Made by a program: the position numbers and the translations under genes
Source: Bugula neritina
Lineage: Eukaryota > Animalia > Bryozoa
Reading direction: 5' to 3'
DNA length: 64,000 nt
Assembly (NCBI GenBank): GCA_964035545.1
Contig: OZ037768.1
Coordinates: forward strand, 4,558,741 to 4,622,740
Notes under the pieces: model-generated
Told to the model about the DNA's origin: nothing
The model's database searches: none
The model's input: the letters and a program-made list of their open reading frames with translations, nothing else
In this document: positions 13,968-25,000 of the stretch, piece by piece
How the letters are laid out: each line of letters starts with the position of its first letter
How positions within the stretch are numbered: position 1 is the first letter of the stretch

Positions 13968-14637
13968 AACTGTAGAAATATATAATAATGACATGTAAAT
14001 ATACAATGCACCGGATGTAAATATCGGCCTAATTGTCTGTATTGTGCTGTAAATAATTCTCACTAGTAACCTGAAAACTTGTTGGTTGTTTACATATAAG
14101 TTTCATTTTTGTGATTGTCATAGGAAGTCCTGCGAAAAGGCTATAGAAACTACTATTTCAAATGAGTCATTTCTGGTTTCTACTAACAAGTTGTTAAGCC
14201 AACAAATTGTTTTTATCACTTATAATCTTTTTTTATATCTTGATGTACTGTTCATTAAAATAAAATTGTGATGAACACCTTGGTTATATGATTAATGCAA
14301 TAAATTTAATGAAATTGGATGTTGAATTACTTTTATAAATAAAAATATCCAGAAATATATATTATATATGTGTAGCCTCTAGATGATAAGTTGAGTCAAA
14401 AAATGTAGACTTTCAATTATAAATTGGTTTATTGACCATGATTTCTGCTCACTCAAAGGTTGTGGCTAAACCTTCTAATTATTTTGAGTGAACTTAGCAT
14501 TGGGTGGAAATTCTAAATTTACTGAATTAAATGTCTAAGGTGTGCCAATCATATAATCATATAAACTCAACATACATGTGTGGAGCATGCACGTGGTTTG
14601 TGTTTTCATATCTATGGCCTGTCACTATGTCAGGGGG

Positions 14638-14797
14638 ATGATTCTATAAGCAGCTCCGAGTTGGGGGTGACTGGGTGCAGCAGTTTGTCGGAGGGGAGGA
14701 AAGAAAAGAGTTGGGGGTTTCAATTTATACCCCAAACCTTAGAATCCCAAACTATTGCCCTCAGTCACCCTCAACTCGGAGCTGCTTATAGAACCAT
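14638..14797. mobile_element. MITE-like element, ~36-bp imperfect TIRs
   Basis: TTCTATAAGCAGCTCCGAGTTGGGGGTGACTG ... CAGTCACCCTCAACTCGGAGCTGCTTATAGAA. TSD not resolved. A related decayed copy lies at ~49005-49136. Confidence 0.75.
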
Positions 14798-15278
14798 TCA
14801 TGTCACTGCCAGGATGGCAGCTGCTGGGTTAACTACAGTGGCGGTGACAGAAGTGTTTCCAGTAAACATGCCAGTAACCAGCGCATACCAGCATACAGTA
14901 AGTGACAGTCTTGCAGAATGTGGGTTGACTCTTTTGCTATGGTATTGTACTAGAAGTGCTGAATGCTTTCTGATTTGGCTACTGATCACTGGTTTCAAAA
15001 TATGAACTTACAAATACAAGATACAAATAGGCCTACAGAAACTTAATGGTGTAATTTCTTCACAGGATGGGGATAATAAGCTGTAACTTGGCAGCAATGT
15101 CCAAAATAAAGTCAAGTCTAAACAAGATGGCATAAATATGCATCAGCTTTAGTTATTGGAATAAATTTAATTGAGCTATTCTCTACTTTATACACGTATA
15201 ATTTATAGGTATGTTAAATGTAAATAAATCTAATAATGTATATGATCATAAATCTTTATCACATATTAACGAATCATT

Positions 15279-18200
15279 TAGTCTAGAAGTAACCTCCCAA
15301 AAAGTGCTCAAAAAATTGACTTATTACACTTTACTAGGTGGCCACTCAAAAAAGGTTGTTTCTAGATCAGAATTTTGTGCTGATTCTGAATCTACAAACT
15401 CTAGAATTCTATCTCTACCCAAACTCAAGTTATTGAAAAAACAAACCGACATTTTGGATGGGTGATAAAAATAAATGTGGATTGTGCAAAATAGTATCCA
15501 ATTTTATCAAGCTATTTTGAAGAAAAAATATTTGCTGAAATACCAAAAATAATTGCCTCTTACTTAGAATTCTATGCTGATACTGAATTTAAAGACTGCA
15601 AGGCACTATCTCAAATTAAAACCAAGTTGTTTATCTAAACATATATGTTTGTTATGAATCGACATATTGCATGCGGCATAAGCATGCAGAATAATTGTAT
15701 GACCAAGCTATTTATACAAAAATAAAACCAAAGTCATGCTGATGTGTGAAAAAACTATATTTATAAAATTATAGCACAAAATAAATGTTGAAATGAACAA
15801 ATATTGAAATCTTTTGAGCACAGCCCAAGTGAATCATTTGCTAGTCTGTCAGTAGCCGTTAAACGTCTGCAAAAATCAACAAGATTCTGTAAAATTATTT
15901 AGAGGAACAGAAGCATGAGAGATGATCAAAATCAAATCGGTTGCAGCAAAATATATAACAAATGTCTAAAAATAGTGCTTTATTATGAAAAAGTATTCTC
16001 GCCATCATTGTCACTGCCGTCAGTCTCCTCAGCTTCTTCCCCAATATAGAGCTTCTTTTCAGACAATCCTTACATTGACAAACATCAGTGCATGCACTGC
16101 ATTTGAGACTTCTGACATCCACATCTTGATATGTTGCAGTTGGTCTTACAGGAGCAGTTTAAATTTTGCAATATACATGTTCAGGTGCGGAAGCTTGAAT
16201 CATCTACTTTATATTTATGCTGCCATGATTCTCAACAATCTTTTCATAATGTTCTGGGGGTGGTGCATCAATATAGGCTGTTGTCACCCTTCTTCAAATG
16301 GCTGCCTGATAAATTGCTCTTTTTACGTGCAAATTTAATTAATCTTTTGTTGGAGGCAAACTGTATTAAGTTATTTTAGACGGTGAACAAAATACAGTGT
16401 ATCGGACATTATCTATATTTGAATTTCCTGCTCCATAAAGTTTATAGACAAATTGTTCTACTTCAGCCGCTGTAATGGCTTACAGCTTAAAATACTTCCC
16501 AAGGTGTTCAAAGCTTCCCATACATGAATATTTTCTCGAAAGAGAGTAGGCTGTGCGCTATCCTTTTCCATAAAAAGCACTATAGTCGAATAACAACCTG
16601 TTAAAGCATGAAATCTAGTAGGTGCTGCACACAACTGCATGCGGTCTGGATTTATTTGCTGCAATGTTGACATCCAAATACCTAATATGATTATGGTTTC
16701 CTCCCACCTAGACGCTGTTTTTATTTTGTTACCATATATCAATATTACCTATATAACTGTTGAATTGATTGCTAAATAGCTAATATGCTAATAGCTATAG
16801 TAGCTAACATGAATTATCTAGAATAATATTCTATTATTTTTACGAATTTGTGTGAGGCAAAAAGTAGTAATACATTAATAATAGACACTATATATCTTTA
16901 ATGGATGCTTATTAACAAAAAATCTTTTCAAACAACAGGCAAGATGTATAGAATATACAAAATTAATAAGTTAATGCAAATCAAAGGAATTTATTTATGT
17001 GCTAAATAACAAGCAATTGATCCAAGTTTATTTAAATATACATATATTTCAATAATATTAAAATAAGTTGCACATGAAAATACATTTTACCAAAATAAAT
17101 AACTAGCGTCTAAGTAGGAAATTTAGCCTAGTCTTTATCTGGAATGACACCATGATTACGACACCCGTGTAAAAATATAATTGGTAAGAAGGTAATGTTT
17201 TGCTAATAGCGAGACTTAGGATGAAAACATCAGTGTCTTGAGATTTGATTATTGCACGTAGGATTATGATGTTCATAAGATATTTTGCATGTAACAAAGT
17301 TTGTGTATCTGCTTCCTTATGATCTAATTGTAAACATTTGAGTTCTGATTTCTTAAGAATTCCACCATGTTTGAAAAATTGTAGCTGAACGCAATTTTTT
17401 TTGGTATGCAACAACTATAATAAAAATATCGTTCGCTAAAATATTTTTACTCTATGTTTCACACAAAAATGCACCATAGTCTCAAACTCAGCTTGTTTTA
17501 TTTGCTGATAAGAAATTATTATTTTTGTGAAAAATGGCACACAGGAAAAAAGTACATGCCTATGATCTTTGAATAAGGCAGCCCAAGATCATTTTTCTAA
17601 TGGGTGGCCTAAATATAACCATATATATTTTAAATTATAGGGAAGCTTTAGGGTATTTCTTCTGTAACTATAACTGAGCTAAATTGACTCTAGAGTCATT
17701 ATATTAAGATAGTATAAAAATATGCATTTTAAGTAATAGCATTGTTTTAAAAACCAAGTTGCTTATTTATATATAGTTCAGCCTAAATTTATTGGCAAAG
17801 CTCAATCGTACACATTTAAAATATTATCTTCTGGAGTCCAGATCAACCTGCTCATGCTTCTCATTACTTTTTTGTAAAAGTAGTTATTATAATAAAAATT
17901 GTGAAGAAAATCATTGTCAGACACAGATTTACTTACAATTCGGCTTTTTTATAGTTGATCAATTATGTTTGCCTTAAACTAAAAAAACCCATTCCATTGC
18001 TTGTTTTCGTCCATACAGTCCACTTTTTTTCAGATTTTTTCGCAAGAAAACCACTAGAATTAAACTCAGAGAAGTGAAAAATACATCTATGATTATCTGC
18101 AAAAGTTTTTGCTTGTATATATAATAAACTAGCTTCAATAATTTCAAGATAATATTTATTGAATTTGGACAAAGTTGTGGGGAAACAACTCCTATAAAAT

Positions 18201-18549
18201 TTTAAAGAGCTTTTGTGACTAACTAGGTGGACAGAAAAATTTAGAGTTTTTATAACAGAAAAGTGAAAAGAGTATCTATAATTATCAGCAAAATTATTTT
18301 GCTTATATAAAATAAATTAGCTTGAATAATTTCAAGATATTTAGCCGATTCACAAAAACAATAAGAGAAAACAACTCCTGATTAATTTTAAAAGTTTGAA
18401 GCGCTTTTGTGGCTAACTGGGTGCACAGAACAGTCTAGAGTTTTCACAGATTAATTAGGACCCTTCAAACTCTCCATTTCTAAAAAAATTGCGTGGCCAC
18501 CCCTCGGAGTGTAATGAGTGAAAGATAATTGGAGGTTACTTCTAGACTA
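15279..18549 (-). mobile_element. Decayed, internally deleted Academ-type DNA transposon
   Basis: Perfect 19-bp TIR TAGTCTAGAAGTAACCTCC, 3-bp TSD ATT (15276-78 / 18550-52), subterminal repeats. Minus-strand remnants: HKEADTQTLLHA...SQDTDVFIL (XPG/PIN-like), FHALTGC (H3TH-like) and a frameshifted Cys-rich finger CSCKTNCNISRCGCQKSQMQC/TDVCQCKDC. This domain set and the TAG...CTA ends fit Academ. Confidence 0.82.
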
Positions 18550-19015
18550 ATTTTTTTAAATAGTTTAAATACTTTTTTTAGAAAGGAGGAAAGTAATTAT
18601 AGCAAATTAGTTTAAAACAGAAGAATCGAACAATTTACAATAATAGATAGAAACTTCTGCACTAACTTATTCAAGTTTGAAAACAGCTGTAGTTTTGTAT
18701 CCTATATGTTATAGTGACAGCAACGTGAGTAACTTTAAAAATAAATAAAGTCTACCATCATAAAACAATTTAAAATGACCCCATACCATCATAAATATTT
18801 TGACATCCACAACTTTAGCACAAAACTATTATAAACTGCACGTTTCACTTATAACAGTATATTGCATTTACATTTATAGTATTTACCCAGTAAACAAGAA
18901 AGGCTATGAACTCAGGCTTGGCAGTATTTAATGCTTTGCGAAGATTTTAAATGTGTCAGTTGCAGTTAATGTAGACTAAAAGAAGGATCAATATAGATAA
19001 CCTAACATATCAATT

Positions 19016-22000
19016 ATGAGGTAAATAAAAATTATTTTTTGTTATTTCGCCTAATTTAGCAATCTTATCATATTTAAAGCTCATCTTTTAAAAATCTGAC
19101 AAAATTGTTTCTTAAAGTGTAGTTTTTACTATTGTAGTAAACTGTGGGTTATGAATGCAACTAGTGCTTGAACATACTCTTTGCGTTAGAGAGAATAAGC
19201 CAAGTATTTGAATACGAATGAAGGATAAACTTTATTTGCATCAGATACAGCTTATGTGGTCCTACTACCAGCGAGCTCCAGTAGTAGTCTGAATCTACAC
19301 TGGAAACTCGCCTGCTTTTATACACAAGAATTCACATCTAGAATGTTCCAACAGACAAAAGAAAGTTAAGCTTGACAGTAACAAAAGAAAAATAGACAAA
19401 GGAGAATGAATAATTCAATAGGCCAAGAATTTAGCTATAATAACAACCTATTGAAGGCATTCATAAAAGCTACACAAATTTCCAGTATCAGTATTAATGC
19501 AAAACGATGAAATAGCAAAAAGGGAAAATAACTCTGGAAATGCGTATTTAATGAAAATTACATTATACTGAAAGCTTAATCACAATAATAAGGCATTAGA
19601 AAGCTAGTGCAACTTAGCTACAATTACAGCATTCAAAATATACGCAACAGTAATTATAATACTGACACACGCAGTTACTTGAAAACAGTAGAGGATGAGA
19701 ATCTATCACATTCTCCCCCCATCGAAAAGCATCCCCTTTTCGATAACAAACAATGATTCCACACAAAAAAATGAAACACAAACGTAGAAAAATATGCGGT
19801 TAACAGGAAAGTATTATGATTAATCACACGTAACACGAGAACATTGACAGTTCAATTGGCTATTGCCAGCGGCCCCTGGTTGTCCGGTTTTATCATTAGA
19901 GGTGGTGCACCAGGCTTTCTATCTCTTCTGTACTTGGATCGAGGATATGGGACCAGGCCTCGATTGCGCTATCCAGGACGCACTCTCGGTAAGGAAGTGC
20001 CATACTCTGCCTGTGACGGGGCAATTGTGGGTGGGTTGGCTGAGTCTGTTCTTCTATCTGGTTGCCTGGTGCTCCAGATATCCAATACTGGCGGGCGACC
20101 AGGGCCCGAGGCATTGCCAGTATTGGAGAGTCCTCTTCGTCTCTGCCTGCGAGGTGGTCGCCGTATAGAGTGCCCTGCTCCTCCCCAGCTGTGAGCTGGA
20201 GCTCAACCGGTTCGGGGTCAGGGCCACTAACGCTGGCGGAACACACCTCGGAAGAGGGGGTGTCGTACTGCTGGCTGCGGGGAGCCGAAACAGGAGCTGG
20301 TGGGGGAGGGGAGTCGGATCGACTGGCCTCCTCGGTATCCTTACGCTCCTCTGTTTGGGTATCTGGCGAGGTAACTCCCATAGCTGATGCTAGTGTCTGA
20401 ATAACAGTGTTTAAATTATACTTAGGGGTTTCAGGATTACAATTCAACGTGAGCTGTAACTCACGTGCTAGCTGTGTGAAATCTTCTTCTTGGTGGAATT
20501 CTCCGGGGTGATGGAGGGAATTTCCAGCCAAGATGGGGTGGTCGTCCGTACTGGGTGGGTTGTCTTCATGAGGGGGCCACTCCAGGTGCCCTACAGCATA
20601 GTCTGCCAGATACCTAGGGGGTCTTCTTGACCGCTGGCTCCTCTCAATTGGAACAGGCACCGGTGGTGTTGGTGGCTCCTGTGCTACCCTAGTAGGGGGG
20701 TCCCCGCCTTCACCCAACACGGGGGTGGGGGTGTCCTCCCCCAGGGAGGGTGGTGGTCCTAGGGCTTGCCGCTGTTCCTGTTCCCGCTCTTCTCTCTGCT
20801 GTCGCTCCAGCTGCTCTATCAAGGCGGCCTGCTCCTGGTCCGCCTCCCTGGGGACCATAATCTCCACCTCACGGGGCTGGGTGGCCCGTCCACGACGGTT
20901 GGGCTGACGGTGGGGCTCCAAGAGGGGTGGAGCCTGACCCACCGCGTCTGGGCTGGCATGGTAAGGTTTGAGGCGCTGCTCGCTCTGGACAGAGACCTGT
21001 CCAGAGCGCTCCACACGGTATGTGTGGTTGGGCAGCACCTCTACTACGCAGTAGGGACCGACGAACTTGGGCTGAAGCTTAGCCGACTGTCCGCGCCGCC
21101 TACGGTAACTCACCATCCAGACCCAGTCTCCCACTTGGTACAACGGGGGCTCCTCCGAGTCCTCTGTGCGGGTCTGCCACTGCTGGGTGCGCAGCGCATC
21201 ATGAGCTTTGCCCATGATGTCCATCAGACCCTCCACATATTCGTGTACCGGTGACTCGGGGGCAGGAACATGGTACGTCAGGTGTTCCGGGACCCGCGTC
21301 TCTCGGCCTAACATCAGGAAGTTTGGGGTCTCCTGCGTGGCGGAGTGTGGTGTGCTGCGGTAAGCCCGCATGATCTGCGGCAGCACCACGTCCCATTCTT
21401 CCTGACCTCGACCAAGCAGCAGGCTCCGGAGCGCGTCACCCAACATCCTGTTGTTCCGCTCGACGACTCCGTTCCCTTGCGGGTGATATGGGGTGGTCCG
21501 ACTCTGGTTCACCCCCCATATCCGGCAGAGGTCTCCCATGAGCTGGGACTGGAACTGGGCGCCCTGGTCCGTATGTATCTGCTCGGGTAAACCGAGGTAA
21601 CAGAACACATGTTGGTCCAGGGTCCGGGCCACCGTGGGGGCGGTGGCGTCTGGAATAGCCAGAGCATCCGCCCACCGGGTAAAGTGGTCCGTGAGCACCA
21701 GTATCCAGGTGTTTCCTCTGGCGGATAACGGCATAGGCCCGACGAGGTCTACCGCCACTACTTGCCACGGTCGACCAGCGTACAGCCGGCGTCGACCAGT
21801 GGTTTCCGTGGGGCGGCCATGCTTGCTAGCTTGGCAGACCTCGCATTGCCGTACCCGCAGTCGTACGTCCCGAGTCATTCCGGGCCAATACCAACGCAGC
21901 CGCAGACACCTGATGACCCGACTGACTCCAGCATGAGCCTGCTTATGGGTGTCCCAGATCAGTTCCCGCCGGAGGGCGCGTGGACAGACGACGCGGTCCC

Positions 22001-25000
22001 TCTTCTGCTGGCGGTTGTCTGCTGCTAACGTTATCATCAGGAGGCCATCAGGACTGACCTTGAGGGCATCCCAGCGACGACAGAGGAGTTGGAACTCAAC
22101 GTCTCCCTGCCGCTGCTGTTCCTCGCTAGGTCGTCGGCCCTCCTTCTTGGCCCGGAAGATGTCCGCTACCGCGCCGGGTAACGTCTCCTGGAGTCGGCAC
22201 AGCTCCTTGACGTTCTGGTGCAGAGTAGGGTTGGCGTGGAGCGCCTGGACACCGTCCTGGTGGGTTTCGGTCCGAAGATGGCCGTGCTCCCACCGGTAGG
22301 CGGTGCCCTCCACTAGCTCTGTTTCCACGTCAAGGCGAGCGGGTCCCCCGTCCCGCTGTTCAATGTGCAGGCATTGCTTACAGTCCTCTACCGGCCGGCG
22401 GCTCATGCCGTCGGCGTTCCCATGCTTCCGGCCTGCACGGTGCTCTATACGGTAAGAGAACTCGGCAAGAATCTCTAGCCAACGAGCCACCTGGCTCGAG
22501 GGCTCTGCACGTTTACACAGCCATATCAGTGATGCATGGTCTGTTCGCAAACGGAACGATTTCCCATACAGATATGGCCGAAAGTGCTTGACCGCCTTGA
22601 CTACTGCTAGGAGTTCCTTCCTAGTGGTGCAGTAGTTCTTCTCGGCGGCCGCGAGAGTCTTGCTATAGTAAGCCACGACCACCTCACTTCCACCCTGGAC
22701 TTGAGACAGGACGGCTCCCACGCTGTGGTCGCTGGCGTCGGTGTCCAGGATGTACTCCTTGGCTGGATCAGGATACGCCAGGATTGGCGCTTCCATTAGC
22801 CGTTGCTTGAGGTGGTCGAATGCCTGCTGCTCCTCCTGTGTCCACTGCCACCGGACTCCCTTTGCGGTCAGCCGATTTAACGGCTGAGCCACTCCTGCGA
22901 AACCAGGTATGTACTGCCGGTAGTACCCTACTAGGCCCAGGAATGCACGCAACTCAGGGAGGTCGCGGGGGACAGTCCACTCCTTCACAGCTTGTACCTT
23001 CTCTGGATCGGTAGCGACCCCATCACGGCCAACCACATGGCCCAGGTATGTGACTTCTGGCTGCAGGAGTGCGCACTTGGAGGGCTTCAGCTTCAGTCCG
23101 GCTGCCCGGAGACGGTCAAAGACCTCCCGCAGACGACTGACATGAGTCGAAAAGTCTGGGGAGATGACAATGACATCGTCCAGATAGATGAGGAGGGTCT
23201 TCCAGTGTAACCCACTGAGGACTTGCTCCATGAGCCGTTGGAATGTTGCCGGAGCGGACGTTAGTCCGAATGGCAGTACTTTCCACTTCCAGAGCCCGTC
23301 GCGAGTAATGAATGCTGCTTTGTCCTGGGCATCAGGACTGAGGGGCACTTGCCAGTACCCGCTAAGCAGATCCAAAGTACTGAAGTACTTGCTACCCGCG
23401 AGGGCATCTAGAGACTCATCTATCCGTGGGAGAGGGTAGGCGTCCTGGATGGTAGCGTTGTTGAGTCTGCGGTAGTCTACGCAGAATCTCCAGCTACCAT
23501 CCTTCTTCTTGACCAGGACCACTGGGGAGCTCCACGCACCGTGGGCAGGCTCAATCAGATCCCGGTCCAGAAGATCCTGTACCTGTCGGCTCACCTCCTT
23601 CTCCTTCTCCGGGCCCAGACGTCGGGTAGGCTGCCTGATGGGAGTGGTGTCGGCTGCCAGGGGTATCTCGTGAGAGATAACCTTAGTCAGCCCCATGTCT
23701 CTATCGCCACGACTGAAGACATCACTGTACTCCGCGAGTAGTTGAGCCAGTACTTGGCGTTCAGTACTACTCGTACAGTTTCCGCATGCTCCGCCATACA
23801 GGTCAGCCAGATGCTCCGGGACTGCTTCTCGTCTGGTGTGAGGGGGGTTTCCCTGGTTGTCGGCCACTGTCTCCAGTGCCGGACCCACATCCGCTTCCTG
23901 GATGGAGTGGTACTTCCCCACCAGCGCTCCAGCCGATAGTTGGACAGGTTCCGTGAAGGGGTTGATGCACTGCACGAGGAGCTCTTGCCGACAATCTAGC
24001 CGATTCAGGCTGTTTGCTAGTCGGATGGCTCCGTGCGTTCCCTCAACCATCCCCAGGCCGGCGATCCCTTTGCAGTTGACTCTGCATCGGAGGGTCGCCT
24101 GGGATCTCCCCGGAACCGTGCAGTCCCGCACTACCTGGACTCCGCCCACCAAGGGCCTGCCAAACTTGTCAACACAGACAAGTTCCTTCCCAGCCATCAC
24201 CACCACTGACTTCTGGAAATCCATGTGACACTGGTGTTTCTCCAGAAAGGGCATTCCCAAGATGGCGTCCTCCTTCAGCTGGCTGACTATGAACGTCTCG
24301 TGAATTGCTTGATCACGGACGCGTCCAGGCAGTGAGATGACGCCGTAGAAAGGGATGCATGATCCGTCCGCCAACGTACCATGCGCACCTTCATACGGCT
24401 CGAGGCTCGCTCGCTCTCGAGCACCAAGAGTATCAAAGAGACGCCTACTCAGCAGGTTGGTAGTGCACCCAGTATCCAGTAGGAATGTGGCAGCTTTACC
24501 CGAAATCTTTCCGGGCAGGAAGTAGCTGCTTCCGTACGGCTGGGTGCTCCTGGAGCGGTCAGTCTCTGGGGGAGACACAACTTGGGTCCGCACAGCGGGC
24601 CTCCTCTTCGTCTTAGAGACAACGGGGGTTTTCTGAGGTCGGGAGGGTAGCTTGGGGTACTCTTGCGAGTAAGCTGAATCCTCCTCCACAACCTTCTCGG
24701 GCAACCCCGCGAACCGGTTACGGAGTGGCCAGGCTGGAGGATCGGGTAGACCTTGCGGTCTCCGAGATCTCCGAGGTGCCTGCCATCCGGTTTCTTCTAG
24801 CTCCATCCGGGTTTCGAGTGGCATGGCAGGAGGATCGGGTAGACCTTTCGGTCTCCGAGGTCTCCGTGGCCTTTGCCACTCGGTACCGGCAGACTCTGTG
24901 GAGGTCTCTTCTGTTACCCTCCGAGTCCTATCCCGGACGGGATTAGCGTGAGGCCCACGGGTGGCGGAAGTTACCGTGGGCCTTGGGTGTTTAAAGGCCT

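Noticed and set aside
14580-15005. 141-aa ORF
   Set aside because: Non-ATG start, overlaps a MITE, no recognisable domain.
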